Under the pieces are notes generated by a model, which was not told where the DNA came from, searched no databases, and saw only the letters and a program-made list of their open reading frames with translations. A stretch of 64,000 nucleotides of DNA from Rubripirellula sp. (lineage in GTDB: Bacteria; Planctomycetota; Planctomycetia; Pirellulales; Pirellulaceae): positions 7,872,001-7,936,000 of the forward strand of contig OZ244207.1 of NCBI GenBank assembly GCA_965216875.1, in the 5' to 3' direction. Shown piece by piece: positions 9,176-18,637 of this stretch. The position numbers were made by a program, and so were the translations under genes. Numbering within the stretch: the stretch's first letter is position 1; every line of letters starts with the position of its first letter.

Positions 9176-9916
9176 GTGATGACTCAGCGTTCCTCCATCG
9201 TCGAACTTTGGCATGCGACGAGTTCGTCCGAAGCACCTGGTGAAATCGAGGCGACGTGCCACGAGTGGCTCGCCGCATCGGAGAAAGAACGCGCGAATCA
9301 GTTCAAGGTGTCAACCAGTCGCAACCAGCACATCGTTGGCCGCGGGATGGCCCGACGCCTTTTATCGGACAGCCAAATCGCGCCGGGTGCGATCGATTTC
9401 GATTTGCTGCCGCACGGCAAGCCAGTGGTCGCTGCTCCGGAACAAGCCAGGCGGCCGTTCAACGTCGCGCACACCGACGGGTTGGTGATGTGTGGCATCA
9501 GCCGCCAAGCGGACATTCAACTTGGTGTCGATGTTGAACGTTTCGGCCGCCGGACGGACCCCGAACTGGCGCAGCGTTTCTTTTCACGACCTGAAGTTGC
9601 CCTGCTCGACAATTGCAATAGCGAGGAGCATCGCCGCGACCTGTTCTTGAAAATATGGACGCTGAAAGAGTCTTTCATCAAAGCGATCGGTACGGGAATG
9701 CACACGCCGCTTGCCGATTTTGCGTTTCACGACGTTGAATCGTCTTCGCCAACGATCGAACTGTTGAGTCCCAAGTTGGACCGCGGAACTCGTTGGACCT
9801 TCTTTTCGCTCCAGCCCCGCCCCGGATTCATCGCCGCCGCGGCCGTTGGCAGTGACGATGCCGAGACGACGTATGACTTCGCGGTTGAAAGCTTTGACGA
9901 ATTGCTTCAAGGCTGA
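9176..9916 (+). CDS. Sfp-type 4'-phosphopantetheinyl transferase
   Basis: HGKP, FNVAHT, LGVDVE, FFSRPE and IWTLKESFIKAIGTG motifs. Confidence 0.93.
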   Translation: MMTQRSSIVELWHATSSSEAPGEIEATCHEWLAASEKERANQFKVSTSRNQHIVGRGMARRLLSDSQIAPGAIDFDLLPHGKPVVAAPEQARRPFNVAHTDGLVMCGISRQADIQLGVDVERFGRRTDPELAQRFFSRPEVALLDNCNSEEHRRDLFLKIWTLKESFIKAIGTGMHTPLADFAFHDVESSSPTIELLSPKLDRGTRWTFFSLQPRPGFIAAAAVGSDDAETTYDFAVESFDELLQG

Positions 9917-11946
9917 TCGGCCTGCGATGGCTCGGTTGGCATGGCAAAGATGCGTTGCGTTTGACCATCGGGCCACTCGGCAGTGACGGCGAAGCGTAGG
10001 CTCGCGGTTTGTTCAAGCACTTCGATCAATGTTTGCAATTGAGCAACGTTTTCTGAAAGCACTTTGTTGGTTTCGGCCGCCGTTTCGGCGCGATCCTGTT
10101 TGACGCGCAGGATGCGCCGCCCGTCAGGTCCTGCTTGTTGGTAGACCGAATCAAGTCGCGCGATTTCGCGTTGGATCAATTCGGCTTGGCCCGTGAGTTG
10201 GTTTGCGAATTGATTCAAGTTGGCTTTGCTGACCATTTGCCAAGGTGTATTGGGAGTCAGCCGAGCAGCGTATCGGATGCGACACTGCAACTTGCGACCG
10301 CCGCGAACATCCAACCGGATTCCCACGGCAATCGATTCGGTATCAGTAGGAGTGATGACAGCGATCGCGTTGGTTTTGCGAAAGGAGGTGGGGTCAATCG
10401 GCTCGATCCAGCCGAGTTCGACGCCCTCCGGGAGGTCGACCTGGACATCGACGCGCGCTACTTTCGGAAGCACGGGTACGTGCAGATCCCAGCTCGGTTG
10501 CACGTCAGGTCGCCCAAAGTCGAGCCCCAACGGATCGGCTTCGACCTCGGGCCGTAGATAGACCATGGATCCACTGTCGGGCCATTTCAATCGGCCATGA
10601 ATCAGTAGCGAAGCCGAGGGCGATGACTTGGCTTGTTCGGCCCAACGAAATGCGAGTTGACCCTCTTCCGACGTCAGTAACGCGATCGGATGATCGCCGC
10701 GTGAATCGCGTATCGACCAACCCTGTTCATTCGCCACGACTTGGTAGGGGCTTTGAAGCGGGTATTCGAGCTGCACGTCCCCTTGGTCATGTGCGCCAAC
10801 AATGATCGATGCTTGGTGATCACGTGGTGCAGGCAAAGTGACGGCGGTCACATTGGCGACACGTGTTTCCTGTGGAGACTCTTCGGGGGCGGTGTCATCG
10901 GACATGACCGCATCGAGACTTGTCGTTTCCGCAGTTCCCGCCGAAGTCCTTTCGCCTGCTTCAGGCCTTGGTTCGGACGCGCCCGCAACTCCGGTGTGTT
11001 CCAGCTCGTTTCGTTTCTCATCGGCATCCGTTTCGACGGCTTGGTCAAAATCGAGAGCGGGCGGCATCCACTGGTCGAGCGAGACTTCCGTTTCGCTCAT
11101 CGTTTCATTCTCAACATCGGCATCGATCGATTCGAGTGTTTCCAATGCGTTTTGGCCATTCTCGGACGCCGGCAGATCCAATCCAGACACATCCCCTTCC
11201 GGTGCGTTTGATGCCGTCATCGGGGACGTGGTGCCAGCGGGCACGGCTTGAGAGTTGCTTGCTGTTTGATCAGGCCCGCGCGTGGCGATCGCGATGCCCG
11301 TCACGACCACGACCACGATGGCAACGAGAACAAATGCTCGCTTGGCGTTGGAGGTTGTTGGTCGGTGGCCGGTGAGTTTTTCTTGGCCCGTGAGTTTTTC
11401 CGAACTCGCGTCGGCGGTGGTTTCCAATGCCGGGGGCGATTGCGAAGACTCGGCTGCGTCCTTGCTGGCGTCCGTCGACGAGTCCACCAGCGCTGGATCG
11501 ACACCTAGTTGGCGGGCCAATCCACGGAGGTGATCGATCGACTGGTCGAGCGTGGGCCCGGAAGTGGGCCCGGAAGTGGGCCCGGAAGTGGGTTGCCGTT
11601 CCTCAGCGAACGAGTGGCCATTCCAATGCAGTCTTGCTTGGTGATCAATGCACCAAGTGTGTAAATCGATTTCGGGCAAAGGTTGGTTGGTTTCACGCTC
11701 GTGAAACGCCGCGATCGATTGTGCTTGGGCAAGCCAGTTTCGAGCAATGTCTTCGGGCGGCTGACCAAGTTGCTGGATCAGCTCGGCGAGCGTTGCGATT
11801 CCATCGGCTTTATCGTCTGCGGCGGGAGAATCAGCGAGCGATTGAGCAACCAGAATGCGCGCTGCTTCGGCTGGCGAAAGGGTACCCGCTTGGACGCTCT
11901 CGAGTGTGTCGCGGAGTGACGTTGGATGTTTGGGATTGGTCCCCAT
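9907..11946 (-). CDS. Hypothetical single-pass membrane protein
   Basis: Long ORF with likely start ATG 11946. One TM (AFVLVAIVVVVVTGIAIA), an acidic linker and a C-terminal coiled coil. Overlaps the PPTase stop by 10 bp (convergent). Confidence 0.75.
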   Translation of the reverse strand: MGTNPKHPTSLRDTLESVQAGTLSPAEAARILVAQSLADSPAADDKADGIATLAELIQQLGQPPEDIARNWLAQAQSIAAFHERETNQPLPEIDLHTWCIDHQARLHWNGHSFAEERQPTSGPTSGPTSGPTLDQSIDHLRGLARQLGVDPALVDSSTDASKDAAESSQSPPALETTADASSEKLTGQEKLTGHRPTTSNAKRAFVLVAIVVVVVTGIAIATRGPDQTASNSQAVPAGTTSPMTASNAPEGDVSGLDLPASENGQNALETLESIDADVENETMSETEVSLDQWMPPALDFDQAVETDADEKRNELEHTGVAGASEPRPEAGERTSAGTAETTSLDAVMSDDTAPEESPQETRVANVTAVTLPAPRDHQASIIVGAHDQGDVQLEYPLQSPYQVVANEQGWSIRDSRGDHPIALLTSEEGQLAFRWAEQAKSSPSASLLIHGRLKWPDSGSMVYLRPEVEADPLGLDFGRPDVQPSWDLHVPVLPKVARVDVQVDLPEGVELGWIEPIDPTSFRKTNAIAVITPTDTESIAVGIRLDVRGGRKLQCRIRYAARLTPNTPWQMVSKANLNQFANQLTGQAELIQREIARLDSVYQQAGPDGRRILRVKQDRAETAAETNKVLSENVAQLQTLIEVLEQTASLRFAVTAEWPDGQTQRIFAMPTEPSQADQP

Positions 11947-12410
11947 GAACTGCCTTAGGCACGAAAGCAAGGTAAATGAGATCAGAGTGGCATTGGGGAA
12001 GGCCGATTTTAGCGGATTTTTTACTTCGACTTCGCAGCGTTTCACGGTGTCAAACCGGGATCGTCAAAGTTTTCCTACCACGATCAAGCGGAATAACCAA
12101 ATGCTGAGGTCTGATCGTGCCGATAAATCCGCCTGAAGCGGTTGTTCTGCACGACCGGATCGTACCAGTTCACTCTGGATACGTTCGATTCGTGCGGTTA
12201 ACGGCTGTTTCAGGAGCCAATAACGGGGGGAGGTTCAACACCGGAGGCACGGAAGCCTCAGTGGTGGTGTTGAGCTTGAACGTCTGCATCGCGATGGATG
12301 TGATGTGGTCGTTCGGCGCATGTGCAGGCATGGATGACTGTGCATTGCGACGCCCTGTGAGTGACTTACCGGCCCACAGCGAGGCGGCCTCGGCCGCGGA
12401 GACGTTTGCG

Positions 12411-13910
12411 ATGCACCGAATGACTCAACCAAAATCAACAAGAACCCTGGTTGCCGCGATCGCGTTTGCGATGCTCGCGAGCGTGGGACTTCAAGCACAG
12501 GCACAAATGACGTACCCACCGATGTCGGGTGCGTCTCAAAGCGTTTACGACTACGAAGCCAGTGGCTACGTCGTTCCAGCTGGCATGGTGCCACCAGCCG
12601 AATACACAGGCGGCGCAATGCCTGCCTACGCTGGCGGTATGACGCCCGGGTACCCTGGCGGCGTGATGCCCGTCGGTTTCTTCGCCGGTGGCGGCTGTGA
12701 CACAGGCTGTTGCGATATGCCGATCGGCTGTGACGGCTGCGGCATGGCATGCGGCTCAGGCCAATGTGGTTGCGGCGGCTTGATCGGCAAGCTTCGAGGT
12801 GATCACTACAACGGCATGTCGAACTTGCGTCATGCATGTATGTTCTGCCGCGGAGACGGCTGCAGCGTCTGCCAAAGCATCGGTCGCGGTTACTTGCTCG
12901 GCGCGTTCAACTTCTTGCGACCCTACGACAAGCAAGGCATCTGTGCACAACGCTGGTACGACCTTTCGGTGGAAGCGATCTTCCTCGGACATGGCAGCGG
13001 CAGCGTCACAGGTAACCTGACGACTCAGGGTGTTGCACCCGGTGTCGCGGGTGACCCTGTCCCCGCCAACATCGTTGTGCTGCGTCGCGAAGATGCTAAC
13101 GACGGCAACGACCTGGAAGCCGGTGCCCGGATTTCGGCATCGATGATCTGGGGACCTGGCGGAAACTTGGAAGCGACCTACATCGGTGGCAACAAGTGGA
13201 ACGCTCGTGCCGAGGCTCGAAGCGGTGCAGCTGACCTGTACTCATTCATCAGCGACTTCGGTCGCGATCCGGTTGGCGGCTTCGACGATACAGACCAGTC
13301 GATCATTCAAGGAGTGGAAGCCAAGAGCGAATTCCACAGTGCTGAATTCAACTACCGTCGTCGCACGGTTGGTCCTTACTGTCGCTTCCAAGGATCGTGG
13401 TTGGTCGGTCTGCGATACGTCCGCTACGACGATACCTTCAACTACTTCACAGCTGATGGCGGAACGGACTTCTTCAGTTCGCTCGACCAAGCTCAAAACA
13501 ACTACTTCGGACCTCAAGTCGGATTTGATCTGTGGTGGAACGCTCACCCAGGCATCAACCTCGGCATGGGCTTCAAGGGAGCTTGGGTGCAGCTGGATGG
13601 TAAGCGAGTCACGACGCTGAGTGCCAACTCACTCGCTCCGATCGCGACGCCTGGATCGATCACCGCTCCAACGACCATCCGCAAAGGCACGACGATGGCA
13701 GAGTTCGAAATGAAGGCAATCTATCGCCTCACCCACTCGATCGCTCTGCGTGGCTCGTACTTTGCCCTGGCTGTCGACGACGCGATCTACGGCACCGCTG
13801 ATCTGGCGACCGTCAACGCGTTCCTCAACAGCAACTTCGACAACATCCCAACACAGACCAATTCGCTGGTCGTGCAAGGTGTGTCGTTCGGTGCCGAATA
13901 CACTTGGTAA
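12411..13910 (+). CDS. BBP7-family-like outer-membrane beta-barrel protein with a Cys-rich N-terminal region
   Basis: Signal peptide (LVAAIAFAMLASVGLQAQA), a Pro/Gly/Cys-rich segment, amphipathic strands (FHSAEFNYRR, WLVGLRY, NNYFGPQVG) and C-terminal GVSFGAEYTW. GGAG lies upstream of ATG 12411. Confidence 0.75.
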   Translation: MHRMTQPKSTRTLVAAIAFAMLASVGLQAQAQMTYPPMSGASQSVYDYEASGYVVPAGMVPPAEYTGGAMPAYAGGMTPGYPGGVMPVGFFAGGGCDTGCCDMPIGCDGCGMACGSGQCGCGGLIGKLRGDHYNGMSNLRHACMFCRGDGCSVCQSIGRGYLLGAFNFLRPYDKQGICAQRWYDLSVEAIFLGHGSGSVTGNLTTQGVAPGVAGDPVPANIVVLRREDANDGNDLEAGARISASMIWGPGGNLEATYIGGNKWNARAEARSGAADLYSFISDFGRDPVGGFDDTDQSIIQGVEAKSEFHSAEFNYRRRTVGPYCRFQGSWLVGLRYVRYDDTFNYFTADGGTDFFSSLDQAQNNYFGPQVGFDLWWNAHPGINLGMGFKGAWVQLDGKRVTTLSANSLAPIATPGSITAPTTIRKGTTMAEFEMKAIYRLTHSIALRGSYFALAVDDAIYGTADLATVNAFLNSNFDNIPTQTNSLVVQGVSFGAEYTW

Positions 13911-13936
13911 CCCGCTGGAAACAGCAAACGAATCTC

Positions 13937-13974
13937 AAAAAAGAGCCCGCTCGGCAAGCCGAGCGGGCTTTTTT
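13937..13974 (+). terminator. Rho-independent terminator (possibly bidirectional)
   Basis: A6-G-AGCCCGCTCGG-caag-CCGAGCGGGCT-T5, just after the stop at 13910. Confidence 0.9.
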
Positions 13975-14230
13975 CGTTTTGAAACGTACCGCAGAGTCGT
14001 CTGAGAAAATTGAGCCCAACATGCTGCGATCGGGATCGTTTGGGCATGTATACTGATGGTCACTGTCCGCAGGGCTTGACGCGATTCAGCGGCTGAGGTG
14101 AGCGGCGGCAAGACGGGGCAATGTGATCGGTTGGTATCAGTGTTTTGGGTGATGGCCTCGTGGTGACGTTCGATTCGAGTTGCTGGTTCACCCCGTTTAG
14201 CCGCCGCGGTCTTTCGATTGGGGCGACGGA

Positions 14231-17200
14231 ATGACGGACAGGACGACGCTGGACTGGGAGTCGCTTGCTCCCGCCGAGCTCGAGCAAGTCGAGCTTGCGC
14301 TGGACCGCTGGGAAACCGCGACACGCGAAAACGCTTCGCCGGCGCCGGATGACGTTTGCGAGAATCCAAAGCTCGCCCCCTTTGTGGCAGAGCGGATTCG
14401 AGATCTCGATCGAGTCACCGAGTTTTTCGAGGGACCGGGGGTTGCTTGCACCCAGCCGGTTCAAATCGGGCGCATTCGAATCGTTCACACGATCTCTCGC
14501 GGTGCGATCTGCGATGTCTATCAAGGCCAGCAACACGACCCGCAACGAACGGTTGCCGTCAAGGTATTGCACAGCGCGGGAAGTGATGCGTCGATCGAAC
14601 GCGCTTTTAAACGCGAAGTCCAAATTCTGGCAAAGCTCAATCACGTGGGCGTTGCCAAAGTCTTTTATGCGGCAGCGACCAACGATATCCAAAGGCCTTC
14701 GCTCTACTTCGTGATGGAGTATGTGGCTGGTCCTCGATTGACCGAATATGCTCGCGCCAAGAGTTTGGACCTGAGTCAACGTGTCGAGTTGTTTGTGAAA
14801 GTGTGCGAGGCGATCGCCCACGCGCACCATAGCGGTGTGATTCACCGTGATTTGAAACCATCCAACATCCTTTGCACCCGTGACGGGCAACCAAAGATTC
14901 TCGATTTTGGAATCTCGGCATGGTTGGAACAGTCGGGGACGCAGTATTCCCAACGCGGCATCGGCACGCCTCCCTACATGAGTCCGGAGCAGTTTGGCGA
15001 GAATGATCGTCAAGACACTCGTAGCGATCTCTACAGTTTGGGCGTGATCTTGTATCGCTTGTTGAGCGGTCGTTTCCCATACCGCAAATCGGTCGACACG
15101 CTTGCCGAAGCAGCCAAAGCGGTCACCAGCGGTGAGCTCATTCCGCTGCAAACCTGTTTGAAGGGATGTCCTCGGGACCTCGCGGCGATCACGCACAAGT
15201 GTTTGCAACTTGATCCCAAGAACCGATACCAGAGCGCTGAACTGCTGGCCGCCGACTTACGCGCTTTCTTGGCCGGCGCGCCGGTCGAGGCGAGGGTAAT
15301 GTCTCGCTGGGAACGTTTTCAGCGTTGGACCGTGCGCCATCGCGCCTTTGCGGCCGTCTGTGTGTTCGCAATGGTGTGCGTTTTGACGGGCGGCATCGCG
15401 TCGTTCCTGCTCTGGCGGCAAGCGGCTGACATCGCGGCGAATTTGAGTGCTACTGTCTCGCAACTGCAAGTGTCGCGTGCCGAAGCCGAGGAAGCACGCG
15501 AAACACTTAGCGACGAAGTGACACTGCGAAGGCGGTCATCGCACAATCACGTTCTCGCTCAGGTCGATCGCCATTGGCACAGTTCTCCCGACCAAGTTCG
15601 GAATTGGTTGCAGGACTTAGAAAGCAAGCGTCTTGGCCCTCGCAGTTTCGCATGGAATGTCCAGTGGCATCGCTCCGTCCGTGACACGTTTGAGATCGCC
15701 GCCCACGAGGGAAGCCTCACTCATGTCGCTTGTTTTCCTGATGGGCAAAAGGTTGTCTCGCTTGGTGTCGATGGATTCGTCCGTGTGTGGCAGCTTGCGA
15801 GTCAGCAGATGCTATGGGAACGACGCCTCGATGGTTTCGGCCCCTATTCGTCCTGTGACGTCAGTGCAGCGGGCGAGCATGTTGTGGTTGCAACACCCAA
15901 CGAGATCGTTTTGTACCGGGGGGATGATGGGCAAGTTCTCAAACGCCACGTTGCATCCGACTTGAAATACCGTGCTGCCTACTTTTCGCCGCGCGGCGAC
16001 AAAGTTGTGTCTTGGAACTCGGGCGGCGAGATCCAGGTTTGGGACGAAGGGCTTGCAAAGATTGAACATCGGTTCGAAATGGTTGGCGATCTGACTCACG
16101 CCCAGATCAATCTCGATTCGACCGAGGTGGTTGGGTTTGTTCGCGGCGGCACCATCACTCGGTTTCCCCTTCAGGGAAAAGACTTGGCCGAAACGTTCCG
16201 CGTTGAGAGACCCAAGATCTTTCGGGCGACGGCCACCAATGATTTTCGACGCTTTGCGGTTTCGCATATTTTCAACAACGGGCGAATCTACGCACCTGGG
16301 GAAACGGATCATCCCGTGCACATGAGTTTGCAGGGTTCGAAGATTCGTTCGATGCGATTCACGCAAAACGGTGATTCACTGTTGTTGGCCGATCGTGCTC
16401 GCGTTGACGCTTACTGGCGAAAGAGTGGTTGGGAAATGCGATGGTCGCGGAAGTTTTCCAAACCGATTCATTCCAACATCGCAATCTCACGCGACGGCAC
16501 TCATTTTGCAGTCGGGCTTGATGGCGGTTCGCTGGTATACACCGCGATCAATGCCGAGCGTTTGCAGACAACGTTGGGAGTGGAGCTCAATCGGCCGCGC
16601 GCTGTCTGTTTGGACCCATCCGCCGGTAAGGTCTATGTCGCCGGCGCTGGCGTGACTGAGTTTGTGGTCGACGGCACGACGAAGCGGCGGCGATCCATCT
16701 TGGACATTGATTGCGCAGACGCGATTTGCTCGTCCTCCGGTGACCTGTTCGTCGCACTTGGCAAGTCAAAGCAAGTCCTTTGGAAGTGCGCCGATGAAGC
16801 GGGATGGCGCGACGCCTTGAAAACCAATGCGGCAGTGCGGACGGTGGCCTACGATGAGTTGAACAACACGTTGATTGCGGGCGACTTTCAGGGAACGCTG
16901 TACCAATGGGATCTTGGTCGTGACTGTGAAATGACAACGTTCACCGCTCACCAGTCCCCCGTCGTTTCGTTGGCATGTGATCGCAGTTCTGGGTTGATCG
17001 CCACCGGCAGCGACGATGGCGAGATCGCAATCTGGAATCCCTCGGGAAGGTCCATCAAACGCTTTCGCATTCACCAAGGTGCCGTGACGGATATCGCGTT
17101 TTGCGGGGCGGGAAATTGTTTGGTCAGTGTCTCAAACGATGGCACCATCGGGATCATCGATGTCGCCGCGCAAAAAGCTCGGCCAAATATTCGGATTCAT

Positions 17201-17488
17201 CGTGAACGGTTGCGTGCGGTGACCATTTCGCCCGATGGTGAGACGATTGCATCAGCCGGCGAAGATCGACAGATCACGTTGTGCGATCTCGTCACCGGGG
17301 AACTGCAAGCTGTCTTGATCGGCCACACCGAAACGGTGACGGCATTGCAATTTAGTGCGGATGGACGCGAGCTCTACTCGGTGGCGCAAGATGGAACGAT
17401 TCGACGTTGGCGTCCCCGTGTCAACGAGGTCCCCCAAGATGCGGACGAAGCCGTTCAAACCGTTGCTGCTGCGAACACGCTCGATTGA
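14231..17488 (+). CDS. Ser/Thr protein kinase with TM and C-terminal WD40 repeats
   Basis: VAVK, FVMEYV, HRDLKPSN, DFG, GTPPYMSPEQ and SDLYSLG. TM FAAVCVFAMVCVLTGGIASFLLW, then WD40 repeats (AHEGS...DGFVRVW; GHTETV...DGTIRRW). Confidence 0.93.
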   Translation: MTDRTTLDWESLAPAELEQVELALDRWETATRENASPAPDDVCENPKLAPFVAERIRDLDRVTEFFEGPGVACTQPVQIGRIRIVHTISRGAICDVYQGQQHDPQRTVAVKVLHSAGSDASIERAFKREVQILAKLNHVGVAKVFYAAATNDIQRPSLYFVMEYVAGPRLTEYARAKSLDLSQRVELFVKVCEAIAHAHHSGVIHRDLKPSNILCTRDGQPKILDFGISAWLEQSGTQYSQRGIGTPPYMSPEQFGENDRQDTRSDLYSLGVILYRLLSGRFPYRKSVDTLAEAAKAVTSGELIPLQTCLKGCPRDLAAITHKCLQLDPKNRYQSAELLAADLRAFLAGAPVEARVMSRWERFQRWTVRHRAFAAVCVFAMVCVLTGGIASFLLWRQAADIAANLSATVSQLQVSRAEAEEARETLSDEVTLRRRSSHNHVLAQVDRHWHSSPDQVRNWLQDLESKRLGPRSFAWNVQWHRSVRDTFEIAAHEGSLTHVACFPDGQKVVSLGVDGFVRVWQLASQQMLWERRLDGFGPYSSCDVSAAGEHVVVATPNEIVLYRGDDGQVLKRHVASDLKYRAAYFSPRGDKVVSWNSGGEIQVWDEGLAKIEHRFEMVGDLTHAQINLDSTEVVGFVRGGTITRFPLQGKDLAETFRVERPKIFRATATNDFRRFAVSHIFNNGRIYAPGETDHPVHMSLQGSKIRSMRFTQNGDSLLLADRARVDAYWRKSGWEMRWSRKFSKPIHSNIAISRDGTHFAVGLDGGSLVYTAINAERLQTTLGVELNRPRAVCLDPSAGKVYVAGAGVTEFVVDGTTKRRRSILDIDCADAICSSSGDLFVALGKSKQVLWKCADEAGWRDALKTNAAVRTVAYDELNNTLIAGDFQGTLYQWDLGRDCEMTTFTAHQSPVVSLACDRSSGLIATGSDDGEIAIWNPSGRSIKRFRIHQGAVTDIAFCGAGNCLVSVSNDGTIGIIDVAAQKARPNIRIHRERLRAVTISPDGETIASAGEDRQITLCDLVTGELQAVLIGHTETVTALQFSADGRELYSVAQDGTIRRWRPRVNEVPQDADEAVQTVAAANTLD

Positions 17489-17509
17489 CGACGCGTCGAA
17501 CGCTTAGCG

Positions 17510-18337
17510 TTACCCTTTCGAGGCGAGCGTCCAGATCCCCTGGCGAATCAGAGTCTGCAGTTCGGCGGCGTTGACCGAAATCTCGCTTGAAGAGGCGGGG
17601 TCAAAGACGACCAGCGATTGTGATTTGAGTTCGCGGATCCGCGCTGGACGCGGCGGCTGGAACCCCTGGAAGAAATAGAACTTGTTCTGTTCAAGCTTTG
17701 GGACTACGCGTGTTTTCTTGTCCGCGCCCCGTTTCAGTTGCAGCTTTTCACCGAAGCGATAGTTGGCCGCGAAACTACCGAGTAGATTCAAATCGGGCGT
17801 TTCGGGTTGTGGCGGTTTGTTTGCTGGCGATTGTTGATCGTTACCATCGCCGTCTAGCGAATCGCTCGTCGTAGCGTTTGCCTTTTCCTCGCTCGCGTCG
17901 GGCTCTTTGTCACGACCTTCCATCGACACAGCGTGTTCAAGCGCGGCGACCAAATCTTGGAAGGCCTTGCCAGCCGGTCCCGTCAATTGCTGCATCTTGG
18001 TCTGCGCGTTCTTGACTTCGTTCAGTTTTTGAATCGACAGCCTTTGCCGCCCTTGTTTTGCTGATGAAATCAAAGAGTTGATCTGTGAATGCCAGCGTCC
18101 CGAGATCCCTTGGAACTGTGCTTCGATTTGGCGAATACGATCGAGCGCCGTGCGTGTGCGTCCAAGCTGGAATTCTTTTTGAGCGTCGGCGACATCCGAG
18201 CTGAACGAACTGACGCCCTGAAGCCCACCAATCACGACACCGCCTGGCAGCCCGTGTACTTGGCCCCCCGTCAAGCTGCTTGTCCGTTGAACGGTGGTGA
18301 TCACGTTCGAGAAGAGAGAGGGTTCGACGCGAATCAT
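17510..18337 (-). CDS. Hypothetical protein
   Basis: ORF with helical N-domain, low-complexity linker and small C-domain. Likely start ATG 18337. No motif recognised. Confidence 0.65.
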   Translation of the reverse strand: MIRVEPSLFSNVITTVQRTSSLTGGQVHGLPGGVVIGGLQGVSSFSSDVADAQKEFQLGRTRTALDRIRQIEAQFQGISGRWHSQINSLISSAKQGRQRLSIQKLNEVKNAQTKMQQLTGPAGKAFQDLVAALEHAVSMEGRDKEPDASEEKANATTSDSLDGDGNDQQSPANKPPQPETPDLNLLGSFAANYRFGEKLQLKRGADKKTRVVPKLEQNKFYFFQGFQPPRPARIRELKSQSLVVFDPASSSEISVNAAELQTLIRQGIWTLASKG

Positions 18338-18458
18338 GAATACAGAAAAACTCGAAACCAAAGGGGCGCGGGGCGTCGACGATAGGACGCTTGAGGAACC
18401 GTCATTATCCTCCAAGCACCATGTTCTCGCAACGTGCGCGGAGAGGCTGTTTGGCGCT

Positions 18459-18490
18459 GTGAGCCGTGATCGCGTCAGCGGTCGGGCCTT
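18459..18490 (+). repeat. REP-like element, family C (GTGAGCC...CGGGCCTT)
   Basis: GTGAGCCGTGATCGCGTCAGCGGTCGGGCCTT. Related copies at 34919, 38454, 38501-38531 (inverted) and 49970. Confidence 0.7.
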
Positions 18491-18517
18491 GCACGCTTGT
18501 GCGCGTTGGGCGAACGC

Positions 18518-18601
18518 CTGTCATGCGGAGCATGACCTACGAAGACTGTCATGCGGAGCATGACCTACGAAGACTGTCATGCGGAGCATGACGTACGAAG
18601 A
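18518..18601 (-). repeat. 3 x 28-bp tandem REP, family E (GTAG-GTCATGC-TCC-GCATGAC)
   Basis: Unit CTGTCATGCGGAGCATGACCTACGAAGA at 18518, 18546 and 18574 (one mismatch in the third). On the minus strand it reads GTAG plus a 7-bp perfect palindrome. Confidence 0.9.
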
Positions 18602-18637
18602 TGCGCAAAAAGTGATCTGTGCGTGCGAGCACACACG

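Noticed and set aside
9176..9916. PPTase (with the MMPL and MATE genes) as a sign of a secondary-metabolite cluster
   Set aside because: No PKS, NRPS or ACP genes are in the window, and the genes are far apart.
12098..12126. Sigma28-like promoter (GCCGATAA) upstream of the beta-barrel gene
   Set aside because: The -10 box matches, but there is no convincing -35 at the right spacing.
14060..15208. 382-aa minus-strand ORF
   Set aside because: Antisense shadow of the kinase domain.
18518..18601. Three 28-bp palindromic repeats as a mini CRISPR array
   Set aside because: The units are head-to-tail with no unique spacers, no cas genes are present, and GTAG plus palindrome fits a REP.
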